A program made the position numbers and the translations under genes. A stretch of DNA of 64,000 bases, from the NCBI GenBank assembly GCA_902800355.1, contig CADCEE010000003.1, forward strand, positions 662-64,661, given 5' to 3'. Under the pieces are notes generated by a model. It was not told the origin of the DNA. It searched no databases and was given only the letters and a program-made list of their open reading frames with translations. The stretch comes from an uncultured Erysipelotrichaceae bacterium. Its GTDB lineage: Bacteria; Bacillota_I; Bacilli_A; RFN20; CAG-826. Positions 19,368 through 29,200 of the stretch are shown here, in pieces. Every line of letters begins with the position of its first letter. Positions within the stretch are counted from its first letter, which is position 1.

Positions 19368-20243
19368 ATGGGTGAAAGTTTAATTGATTTAATCAAAGTA
19401 TTAAGAGACCGTACTGGTGCTGGATTAATGGACTGTAAAGGCGCATTACTCGCTAATGACTGTGACGTTGAAAAAGCAACAGACTGGTTAAGAGAAAAAG
19501 GCTTAGCAAAAGCTGCTAAAAAGGCCGACAGAATTGCCGCTGAAGGTTTAGCAATCGTTAAAGTTTGCGGACATTGTGGCAAGGTCGTCGTTTTAGAAGT
19601 TAACTGTGAAACTGACTTCGTCGCCAAAGGCGATGCTTTCCGTGAATTAGTGGAAAGTGTTGCTGATGTGATCTTAAAGAACGAACCAGAATCAGTAGAA
19701 AAAGCTAAAGAATTAACACAAGACTTATTCACTGACGCCACTGTTAAAATGGGTGAGAAATTCGATTTAAGAAGATTTGTCATCATGCCAAAAGAAGAAG
19801 GCGCATGTATCGGTACATACATCCATATGGGTGGAAAGATTGCCGTTGCCGTTAGCGTTAAAGGCGGAGATGAAGAATTAGCTCATGACTTAGCAATGCA
19901 TATTGCTGCTAACAATCCACAATATTTAACAATGGCGGATGTTCCAGCAGATGCTAAAGAACACGAAATGTCTGTTCAAAAAGAAGCTGCTAAAAACGAT
20001 GAAAAACTCGCGAATAAACCAGCCCCTGTCTTAGAAAAAATCTTAGAAGGCAAAATTAATAAATACTTCGCAGAAATGACCTTAGAAGCGCAACCATTCT
20101 TAAAGGATGATAGCAAGACTGTTGGTCAATTAGTTTCTGAAAAAGGAGCGAAAGTTTTAGGCTTTGTTCGTTACCAAGTTGGTGAAGGTATCGAAAAGAG
20201 AAAAGATGATTTCGCTGCTGAAGTCATGTCACAAGCTAAATAA
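19368..20243 (+). CDS. tsf: elongation factor Ts
   Basis: LRDRTGAGLMDCKGAL N-terminal UBA-like domain, synteny with rpsB. Confidence 0.96.
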   Translation: MGESLIDLIKVLRDRTGAGLMDCKGALLANDCDVEKATDWLREKGLAKAAKKADRIAAEGLAIVKVCGHCGKVVVLEVNCETDFVAKGDAFRELVESVADVILKNEPESVEKAKELTQDLFTDATVKMGEKFDLRRFVIMPKEEGACIGTYIHMGGKIAVAVSVKGGDEELAHDLAMHIAANNPQYLTMADVPADAKEHEMSVQKEAAKNDEKLANKPAPVLEKILEGKINKYFAEMTLEAQPFLKDDSKTVGQLVSEKGAKVLGFVRYQVGEGIEKRKDDFAAEVMSQAK

Positions 20244-20257
20244 TTTAATTATTTAAA

Positions 20258-20284
20258 GAAGCACGATTTCGTGTTTCTTTTTTT
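20258..20284 (+). terminator. intrinsic terminator after tsf
   Basis: gaagcacg/cgtgtttc stem (one G-U), loop attt, T7 run. Confidence 0.7.
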
Positions 20285-20301
20285 ACAAAAGGAGGCCCAA
20301 A

Positions 20302-21021
20302 ATGTATAAAAGAGTCTTACTAAAACTTAGTGGCGAAGCCCTTGGAATTAAATCCTCTGATAACATTATCGATGTCGAATCCTTAAATGCTTTATGTGAA
20401 AGAATTAAAGTACTTCACGACGAAGGCATGGAAGTTGCGATAGTGATTGGAGCGGGTAATATTTGGAGAGGCAAAGTCGCTGATAAAATTGGTATTGAGC
20501 GTGTTCCTGCTGATTATATGGGAATGCTTGGTACAGTAATTAATGCAGTGGCGATGAGTAGCGCCCTTAAAAAGATGGGAGTGGATTCTGTTGTCTATAG
20601 TGCAATCCCTGCTATTGAAGGAGTAACCATTCCTTATGATGTGGAAAAAGTGAAAAAAGACTTATCTAACGGTAAGATTACTTTCTTAGCGGGAGGTACA
20701 GGCAAACCATTCTTTACCACCGATACTGCTGCTACTTTAAGAGCTATTGAAACCAAATGTGATGCCATCTTAATGGCAAAAAACGGAGTTAAGGGAGTTT
20801 ATGATAAAGACCCAACCGTTTATAGTGATGCTACTTTCTATCCAGAAATCACTTATCAAAAGATGAGAGAATTAAATGTTCAAATTATGGACCAGACTGC
20901 GATAGAATTAATAGAGAATACAAATATCCAAATCTTGGTGTTTTCCATGCAAGATTTAAATAATTTCCACAAAGCTGCTCGTGGAATTAATGTAGGCACT
21001 GTCTGCAAAAAAGGAGAATAA
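20302..21021 (+). CDS. pyrH: UMP kinase
   Basis: YKRVLLKLSGEAL, GAGNIWRG, aaggagg RBS. Confidence 0.96.
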   Translation: MYKRVLLKLSGEALGIKSSDNIIDVESLNALCERIKVLHDEGMEVAIVIGAGNIWRGKVADKIGIERVPADYMGMLGTVINAVAMSSALKKMGVDSVVYSAIPAIEGVTIPYDVEKVKKDLSNGKITFLAGGTGKPFFTTDTAATLRAIETKCDAILMAKNGVKGVYDKDPTVYSDATFYPEITYQKMRELNVQIMDQTAIELIENTNIQILVFSMQDLNNFHKAARGINVGTVCKKGE

Positions 21022-21026
21022 AAACT

Positions 21027-21572
21027 ATGGATGCATATGCACTTGAAGCGCAAGAAAAGATGAACAAAAGTATTGATTCATTTCGTGCTACTTTATCAAC
21101 TTTAAGAACCGGTAGAGCCTCACCAGCAATGCTTAACGGCATTGAGGTGGACTATTACGGCTCTCCTACTCCACTTAATCAAATCTCTTCAATTTCTGTT
21201 CCAGAACCAAGACAACTTTTGATTAAACCATATGATAAAAATGATGTGAAAAATGTTGTCGCGGCGATTAATGCTAGTGACTTAGGATTAAACCCAATTA
21301 ACGAAGGTGTTTGTGTCCGTTTAATTATCCCAGTTCTTACAGAAGAAAGAAGAAAAGATATTGTTAAACAAGCTCATAAATACGCTGAAGAAGCAAAAGT
21401 GGCAATTAGAAATATCAGAAGAGATTATATGGACATTTTAAAGATTGATGATTCCTACTCTGAAGACCTATTAAAAAGAGCCCAAGACGACGTCCAAAAG
21501 GTCACTGATGAGGCTATAAAAAACGTCGATAATATCCTTGCGGAAAAAGAAAAAGAAATCATGGCGATCTAA
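21027..21572 (+). CDS. frr: ribosome recycling factor
   Basis: LSTLRTGRASPAMLNGIEVDYYG and synteny. Confidence 0.96.
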   Translation: MDAYALEAQEKMNKSIDSFRATLSTLRTGRASPAMLNGIEVDYYGSPTPLNQISSISVPEPRQLLIKPYDKNDVKNVVAAINASDLGLNPINEGVCVRLIIPVLTEERRKDIVKQAHKYAEEAKVAIRNIRRDYMDILKIDDSYSEDLLKRAQDDVQKVTDEAIKNVDNILAEKEKEIMAI

Positions 21573-21609
21573 TGTAGCCAGTTTCTAAAAGAAAAAAATT
21601 ACATTAATA

Positions 21610-21632
21610 AGTGCGTTTCGGCGCACTTTTTT
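21610..21632 (+). terminator. intrinsic terminator after frr
   Basis: agtgcg/cgcact stem followed by T6. Confidence 0.65.
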
Positions 21633-21639
21633 GTATACT

Positions 21640-22377
21640 ATGAATAATAGTATGGAACAAAGTGAAAATAAATTACTACATGTAGCGTTCATTATGGACG
21701 GTAACGGACGATGGGCTAAAAGACGCGGATTACCTCGCCATTTAGGTCATAAAGCAGGATGTGATCGCATAATTGATATTTATGAGGAATGTCTTGCTCA
21801 GGGCGTATTAGCAATGTCTTTATACGCTTTTTCTACCGAGAACTGGAATCGACCAAAAAGTGAAATTAATCACTTGTTCAAATATTTAGAGATCTTTTTC
21901 AAAAAAGAGATTAAACGCATTATTAAAGACGGATCATGTGTCAGAATCTCTGGAGACATCTCTCGATTGCCAGAAAGAACACAGAAAGTGATTAATGATG
22001 CGGTAGAAAAAACTAAAGACTTAAAACGTTTCTATTTCAATATTTGCTTAAACTATGGTGGGAAAGCCGAAATAGTTAGAGCGGCGACATTATTCGCTAA
22101 AGAAGTGGAAGCAGGAAAAAGAAAACCAGAAGAATTAACCGAAGAATTATTTGAAAGCTATTTATATACAGCAGGTCTTCCTCCGGTGGACTTATTAATT
22201 AGAACATCAGGAGAATTAAGGACTAGTAATTATCTACCATGGCAATTAGCCTATTCAGAATTTATCTTCCCTGAGACTACATGGCCAGATTTTACAAAAG
22301 AAGAATTTAGAAAATGTATCAATATTTATTACGAAAGGAACAGGAGGTTTGGAACAATCAATGAAAAAGAAAGATGA
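21640..22377 (+). CDS. uppS: isoprenyl transferase (undecaprenyl diphosphate synthase family)
   Basis: HVAFIMDGNGRWA, FSTENWNRP, IRTSGELRTSN. Start is uncertain (TTG 21631 overlaps the terminator T-run, so ATG 21640 is preferred). Confidence 0.92.
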   Translation: MNNSMEQSENKLLHVAFIMDGNGRWAKRRGLPRHLGHKAGCDRIIDIYEECLAQGVLAMSLYAFSTENWNRPKSEINHLFKYLEIFFKKEIKRIIKDGSCVRISGDISRLPERTQKVINDAVEKTKDLKRFYFNICLNYGGKAEIVRAATLFAKEVEAGKRKPEELTEELFESYLYTAGLPPVDLLIRTSGELRTSNYLPWQLAYSEFIFPETTWPDFTKEEFRKCINIYYERNRRFGTINEKER

Positions 22378-23521
22378 TGTTATTGAAGTAGTTTCTGTAG
22401 CGGAAAAAGATGTCGAAACTATGCCTATTAACTCTAATGATGTTGAAACCCCTGTGAGAAGAGGTTTCTTCTCTAAAAAAGAAAAAAACCAAGGTTTCTT
22501 CAAAAAGAATGAATTATCTAGTGGCGCGAAAAAATCTATGCTCACTAGAATTATCTCCGCGATTGTCGGCTTAATAATTGTAGTCCCGGCCATTTTCTTA
22601 GGTGACTGGATTTATTTTGCAGTTATAACTTTTGCCTTAGGTGTGGCATGTTACGAAATCTTGGGCTGTACTAATAGAAGAACGGTTGTCACTCTTATTG
22701 TTTATTTTATATTTGTTGCTCTTATTGCTTATTGGCCGTTATTTAAATATATGGCTGTTAATGGAGCAGCAATTAGTAAAATTGACCAATATTATCAGAT
22801 GATTTATTTGCCAATCATCGTGGTTGTTGTTGGTGTTTTCCTAGTCTTCTTATTAACCGTTATTTATAAAGACTTCACGGTCCATGATGCGTGTTTCTTA
22901 ATTGCTATGGCGATTTTATTGGGATTTGGTTTCCAATGCTTATTCTATTTAAGATATTATCCAATTTCCCTTTATCAAAATGCTGAAGTAAAAGCATGGG
23001 ACTTTACTATAAGTAACACTATTAAACCTTCTATGTTATTAGTGTTTGTTATTCTTTCTACATTTATGACTGATACTGGCGCATATTTCGTCGGTGTCTT
23101 CTTTGGTAAAAACAAGATGAATGAAAGAATCTCTCCTAAGAAAACTTGGGAAGGATTTGTTGGCGGAGTGGTGATTTCCTTTGTTTTATCTAGTGTATTT
23201 GGAATCGTATTAACTGTTTGTGGATTCCCTATCTTTGGCGATAAAGATGGTAACTTCTTTGTTTCCTTAGCAGATAACTGGTATTTAATACTTATCTTAT
23301 CTCTTATCATTCCATTATTCGCCACTCTTGGTGACTTCGTTTTCTCCTCAATTAAAAGATATTGGGGAATTAAAGATTATGGAAAACTCATTCCTGGCCA
23401 TGGTGGAGTTTTAGATAGGCTAGATTCTATTTTGTTTACGGTGATCGTGGCTTCTATCTTCGTTTTTATGCTTTCTGCGATTAATGAAGGCAAGTTTAAC
23501 TGGGAACAATTCTTGGTATAG
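22361..23521 (+). CDS. cdsA: phosphatidate cytidylyltransferase with an extended N-terminus
   Basis: C-terminal signature SSIKRYWGIKDYGKLIPGHGGVLDRLDS and multiple TM segments. Start is ambiguous (TTG 22349 or ATG 22361). Confidence 0.85.
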   Translation: MKKKDDVIEVVSVAEKDVETMPINSNDVETPVRRGFFSKKEKNQGFFKKNELSSGAKKSMLTRIISAIVGLIIVVPAIFLGDWIYFAVITFALGVACYEILGCTNRRTVVTLIVYFIFVALIAYWPLFKYMAVNGAAISKIDQYYQMIYLPIIVVVVGVFLVFLLTVIYKDFTVHDACFLIAMAILLGFGFQCLFYLRYYPISLYQNAEVKAWDFTISNTIKPSMLLVFVILSTFMTDTGAYFVGVFFGKNKMNERISPKKTWEGFVGGVVISFVLSSVFGIVLTVCGFPIFGDKDGNFFVSLADNWYLILILSLIIPLFATLGDFVFSSIKRYWGIKDYGKLIPGHGGVLDRLDSILFTVIVASIFVFMLSAINEGKFNWEQFLV

Positions 23522-23523
23522 TT

Positions 23524-24681
23524 ATGAAAATATGTTTACTTGGGGCATCTGGATCAATTGGTAAACAAACCATTGATGTAATTGATAAAAACCCTAAAGA
23601 TTTTTCTTTAGTGGCCTTTTCAGTTGGTAAAAGAACTAGATGCATTTCTTATATATTAAGAAAGCACCCAGAAGTGAAATATATTTGTATTTCTAATAAA
23701 TCTAAAGCTAGAGAATATTCTAGAAGATATCCTAATATCTCCTTTTATAGCGGAGATAACGGTTTAGTTGAATTAATTAGAAATAGCGATTCAGAAATGG
23801 TGGTTAACGCTTTGGTGGGATTTGTGGGTTTACTTCCTTCAATTGAAGCCATTAAATGTCATAAGAAATTAGCTTTAGCAAATAAAGAGTCGTTAGTGGT
23901 TGGAGGAGACTTAATTAATTCTTTTTTAAAAGAATATAACGGGGAATTATATCCTATCGATAGTGAACATTCCGCTTTATGGAAGTGTTTAAAAGTTGAT
24001 TCTTTAGATGTTAATAAATTAATTCTCACTGCTTCTGGAGGATCTTTTAGAAAATTATCTAGAGAAGAGTTAAAAGATGTTACTCCTGAAGATGCTTTAA
24101 AGCATCCTACCTGGAAGATGGGAAATAAAATTACCATCGATAGCGCAACAATGTTGAATAAGTGTTTTGAAATTATCGAGGCTGGTTATTTATTTAATTA
24201 CCCATATTCAAAAGTGGGGGTTACGCTTCACGATGAATCTTATTTACATAGTTATGTTTCTTTAACTAGTGGAGGGTATCGTGGAGAAATTTCTAAGCCA
24301 GATATGAGAAATCCAATCAAGTTCGCCTTATATCAAGGAAATATTCCTTTTAAGACATCTTATTTTAAGTCGTTAGATGATTTAAAAGGTCTACATTTCC
24401 ACTCTTTTGATATTGCTCGATTCCCTGCAATTAAATTCGCCAAAGTAGTCTTAGATAAAAAAGGGACTATGGGGACGATATTAAATCGTAGTAACGAAGA
24501 AGCAGTATACGCTTTCTTAGACCATAAGATTAGCTTCTTAGACATTGAAAGAATTATTGAACTTAGTTTAAAGAATATGAAATATATCGCTAAACCAACT
24601 TTAGAAGATATCCTTGAAATTGATAGATTAACTAAAGAATATTCTCATAAACTCATTAAAGAGTTAGGAGGACATAGATGA
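23524..24681 (+). CDS. dxr: 1-deoxy-D-xylulose 5-phosphate reductoisomerase
   Basis: LLGASGSIGKQT, LANKESLV, DSEHSA, LTASGGSFR. Confidence 0.9.
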   Translation: MKICLLGASGSIGKQTIDVIDKNPKDFSLVAFSVGKRTRCISYILRKHPEVKYICISNKSKAREYSRRYPNISFYSGDNGLVELIRNSDSEMVVNALVGFVGLLPSIEAIKCHKKLALANKESLVVGGDLINSFLKEYNGELYPIDSEHSALWKCLKVDSLDVNKLILTASGGSFRKLSREELKDVTPEDALKHPTWKMGNKITIDSATMLNKCFEIIEAGYLFNYPYSKVGVTLHDESYLHSYVSLTSGGYRGEISKPDMRNPIKFALYQGNIPFKTSYFKSLDDLKGLHFHSFDIARFPAIKFAKVVLDKKGTMGTILNRSNEEAVYAFLDHKISFLDIERIIELSLKNMKYIAKPTLEDILEIDRLTKEYSHKLIKELGGHR

Positions 24682-26261
24682 TGACGTTTCTATATATCCT
24701 TCTTTTCTTAGTTTGTTTATCTACTCTTATCATGGTCCATGAAGCCGGACACTTAATTACCGCAAAGATTTTTAAGGTGTATTGTTTTGAATACGCTTTA
24801 GGATTTGGACCTCGACTATTATCTTTTAAACGTAAAAATGGAGAAACTAGATTCTCTTTAAGAGCGATTCCATTTGGTGGGTTTGTTTCAATGTATGGAG
24901 AGGCTGACGCTGTTCCACCAGAATTTGAAGGAGTACAGATTGATGCTAGTCGCTCTATAAATAACATCAAACACTGGAAACGCGCCATTATTATGACCGC
25001 CGGTATTTTGATGAATTTTGTTTTAGCGATGGTGGTATTCTTTATTGTGAATATTGCTTTCCCAACTTATACCGCTAGAACCGCTCATATTACAGTTAGA
25101 CCAGATTCTATTGCCGCTAATGCTGGACTTAAGAGTCAAGACTTTGTCTATGCTCCTAGATTAAGCTATGGAGATAGTTTTTATATTTTCTATGACGATA
25201 ACGCTGATATGAATTATGTATCTAGTCCAAGCGATAAAGCTTTTATGGGTTTTGATTATTCTAAAATGACGATTAAGAACTCTGATATCGCTGATAAAGC
25301 AGTCGTCTTTAAAAAGGTGCAATTAGGTGATATCACCAGTAGCGCCACAATATTAACTTTTGAGCAATTCTTTAATAAAGAATATGTCTTAGATAGTGAA
25401 GACTATTTGCTAAATGGATATTTCCACTGGGCCGGATGTAAAGATAAGACTGTTTATTTCTACATTGTAGAAAATTATTTAGATACTGATCAATATATGG
25501 TTCCTTTAGAAGATAAAACAATTCTCGTTTCTATTACTTTAACCGATGAAGAGTTTAAGAAATTTGTTCTTGTTCCTGATGGAACTAAGATTTACATCAT
25601 GGGTAATGTTGTTAACGAGAAAATTATTGAAGGAGAAAAGTCTACTATCTACTTCAAATCTAAAGAGTATCGTTCTTATTATCCTAACGTTGAAGAAAAT
25701 CTTATTAAGCGAACCAATTTAAGTCCAACATCTGTGGATTTCGCTGTTGATGTTTTTGATGAAAAAAATAAAACATTAGCAGGACATCACCCAATAAATG
25801 TTTCTGTTGTTAATAATAATCTTGATAGCAAACTAGGTATTGCTATGCAATTAGATGAATATCGAAATAGTTATGGCGAGTCAGTCACTAAGAGCTTTAA
25901 AGACTTTGGTAATTCCACAACTTTAATCTTTAGAGGTTTAGGCTCTTTATTTACTAAAGACGGCTGGAAAAATGTTGGAGGAATTATCGCTATTGGGGTG
26001 GTCACTACTCAAACTTTAGAACAAAACGGCTTTGGTAATTTCTTATTTATGTGGGCGATGATTTCCGTTAACTTAGGAATTGTTAATTTACTCCCATTCC
26101 CAGGATTAGATGGATGGCAGTTCTTAGTGACAATTGTAGAAGGTGTAGCTCATAAAGAGATACCTCCTAAAGTTAAAAATACAGTTTCCGCGATTGGAAT
26201 TATGTTACTTTTCGCTTTGATGATTATGATTGTTATCAAGGACATTATTATGGTGGTTTAA
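24678..26261 (+). CDS. rseP: RIP metalloprotease RseP (M50 site-2 protease), unusually long
   Basis: HEAGH zinc motif in TM1, NLLPFPGLDG near the C-terminus, and a large central insertion. Confidence 0.85.
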   Translation: MMTFLYILLFLVCLSTLIMVHEAGHLITAKIFKVYCFEYALGFGPRLLSFKRKNGETRFSLRAIPFGGFVSMYGEADAVPPEFEGVQIDASRSINNIKHWKRAIIMTAGILMNFVLAMVVFFIVNIAFPTYTARTAHITVRPDSIAANAGLKSQDFVYAPRLSYGDSFYIFYDDNADMNYVSSPSDKAFMGFDYSKMTIKNSDIADKAVVFKKVQLGDITSSATILTFEQFFNKEYVLDSEDYLLNGYFHWAGCKDKTVYFYIVENYLDTDQYMVPLEDKTILVSITLTDEEFKKFVLVPDGTKIYIMGNVVNEKIIEGEKSTIYFKSKEYRSYYPNVEENLIKRTNLSPTSVDFAVDVFDEKNKTLAGHHPINVSVVNNNLDSKLGIAMQLDEYRNSYGESVTKSFKDFGNSTTLIFRGLGSLFTKDGWKNVGGIIAIGVVTTQTLEQNGFGNFLFMWAMISVNLGIVNLLPFPGLDGWQFLVTIVEGVAHKEIPPKVKNTVSAIGIMLLFALMIMIVIKDIIMVV

Positions 26262-26262
26262 T

Positions 26263-29200
26263 ATGCAAGAAAAAATGAAAAGCTTTTTAAACTCAATCCA
26301 TATCGAGAATATCGATGATTTTGATCTTGATTTTGAAATGGTGGGTCGTAATCGTTTTAACTATCAACAAATTGATATGATTATCTCTAAACAAGTTCCT
26401 TGGACTTATGAGTTACTAAGACAATTTCAAGACGGGCTAAACACCATTAATTATCCATATACATTACATTTCTCTTATAAGAGTAGACCAACCACCAAAG
26501 ACGCGATTAATTTATTTGATGACTGGTTTAGATATTTGTATCGTAGCGATAGTGATATTGAACTTATTCCTGTTAGTGATTCTCTTATTCAAATTAACTA
26601 TCTAGACGAATCTTTTAAGAAAAGAAATGAATTTATTGTTAATGACTTTAAAGATTTCTTAAGCTTCATCAGTTATGATTTTATCGATATTGAAGAGAAT
26701 GTCTTACCTCCTAAAGAAGTAGGAGTAATCGCTGATGAAGAGACCAGAAAAGAAACAGTGGAGAATGCTTCTGAAACCGCAGTAGAAGATATTGAGCAGG
26801 CTAAAGAAGAACCAGAAATCTTGGATAGAAATGATGTATCCGCTTTAGTAGAAAAAGAACAAAGCGAGAAAAATGCTTTAGTAGAAGATCAACTCTTAAA
26901 AGAAATGAAGAAAAACCGCGAAATCATGCTTAAAGAGCGTGAAAGAGCAAGATTAAATAGACGCGGTAAATACGTATATATAGAGAAAATCGAAGATATT
27001 ACTCCAGAAAGCGATCATGTTGACTTTAATGGCAAAGTTTTCGCTAAAGAAGTAATTGAAAGAGGCGATAGAAAACGTCTTAATTTTGAAGTAGTCGATG
27101 AATTTGGTGGGGCTATTGCCTGTAATATGTATCAAAACTCTCAAGTTGATGATGATTTTGTGAGCCAAATATTAAACGCTAACGTTAGAGTTAGAGGGGT
27201 GGCCTATGTTGATGATTATTCTCATCAATTAGTGGTTAAGGCCCACTATATCGATTTACTTCCACCTAAAGAAATTGTTCCTGATGCTACTCCAATAAAA
27301 AGAGTGGAACTCCATTTACATAGTAACATGTCCACTCAAGACGGTATTGGAACGATGAATGATTATTGTGCTTATGCTAAAAAACTTGGCCATACCGCTA
27401 TGGCGATAACTGACCATGGCTGCGTACAAGGATTCCCTGATGCTCAAGCTGCTGGTAAGAAACATGATATAAAAATGCTTTATGGCTGCGAATTTTACAT
27501 GGTTGATGACCAGATTAAATACGTGTTTAATCCAAAACCAGTCGAGTTAAATAAAGCAAGTTATGTCGTATTCGACTTTGAAACTACAGGATTAAGTGCG
27601 AGATATGAAAAAATTATCGAATTTGGTGCAGTAAAAATTGAACATGGTGCAGTGGTTAACCAAATTGATATTTTGATTAATCCTGAAAGAGAAATTACTC
27701 CAAAGATTACTAAACTCACCAACATTACTAATGAGATGGTGAAATCCGCCCCAACTATTAAAGAAGCGATGCCAAAGATTTTAGAATTTATTGGCGATTC
27801 TATTTTAGTTACTCATAACGCATCATTTGATATCGCCTTCTTAAACGAAGCGTTAATTAGTTTAGGGCAAAAAGAAATTAGCAATGGTGTAGTCGATACT
27901 TTAATGTTGTCTAGATATGCCTATCCTGATGCTAGAGCCCATAACTTAGGTTCACTTTGTCGTAGACTAGAAGTTAAATACGATGAAGAAAGCGCCCATA
28001 GAGCGGACTACGACGCCTTTGTTTTAAGTGAAGTATGGCAAGCCCTTTTAGTCCAACTTACTAAAGATAATATCCACCTAAAACATGAAGAACTTCAAAA
28101 TCTTGAATTAGTAAAAGAAGGTATTGTTCATTTAAGACCAAAACACGTTATAGCGATGGCTAAAAATATTGAAGGTCTAAAAGACTTATATCGTTTGGTG
28201 TCTATTTCTAATATTGATTATTTTGCTAATCTTCCTCGTATTCCTAGAAGAATTATTAGTGAATACCGTAAAAACTTACTCATTGGTTCTGCTTGTTTTA
28301 ACGGGGATGTATTTGAAACCGCGAGATATTACTCCAAAGATAGACTTAAAGAAGTTTGTTCTTTCTATGATTATATCGAAGTACAACCTCCAGAGAACTA
28401 TTCTTTCTTAGTGAATATGGGAGAACTCACTCAAGAAGATGTATTAACTTATATCAAAGATATAATAGAGGCCGCTAAAGAGATTAATAAGACAGTAGTG
28501 GCTACTGGAGATGTTCACTATGTTACTCCAGAACAAAAAGTCTTTAGAGATGTTTATATCTCTGCTCCTCAAGTTGGTAAAGTTAATCACCCACTTAATC
28601 CATATTCTAGAAGAGACGTCTCTCCTTTTGAAAACCCTGATCAACATTATCGTTCTACTGAAGAAATGTTAGAGTGTTTCTCATTCTTAGATAAAGATTT
28701 AGCGGAAGAAATAGTGATCACTAACACCAACAAGATTGCGGATATGATTGATCCTATTTTACCTGTTCCTAATGACCACTTATATACTCCACAAATTGAA
28801 AACGTTGAAAATAAGCTAAAAGACTTATGTTTCTCTAACGCCCATAAATTATATGGAGACCCACTTCCAGAATTTATTCAAAATCGATTAGACACCGAAC
28901 TTAACGGTATTATTTCTAATGGATATTCTGTTATTTATTACATTGCTCATGAATTAGTGAAAAAATCTAATGAAGATGGCTATATTGTCGGTAGCCGTGG
29001 TTCTGTTGGTAGTTCATTTGTTGCCACTATGAGTGGAATTACTGAAGTTAATCCGCTTCCACCTCATTATATTTGTTCTCACTGTCACCATTTAGAGTGG
29101 GGAAAAGAGAATTATCCAGAAGTCAGAAGTGGATTTGATTTACCTCCTAAGAAGTGTCCGGTGTGTGGAGAAGAATTAATTAGAGACGGACAAAATATTC

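Noticed and set aside
19334-19822. 162-aa ORF antisense to tsf. Similar long antisense or out-of-frame ORFs occur at 32179-32673, 29808-30176, 24656-24988, 22255-22593, 22975-23325, 16797-17135, 14816-15112 and 11433-11678.
   Set aside because: Each lies entirely inside a strongly supported conserved gene. They have low-complexity or Ser/Leu/Phe-rich translations typical of shadow ORFs in AT-rich DNA, and no RBS.
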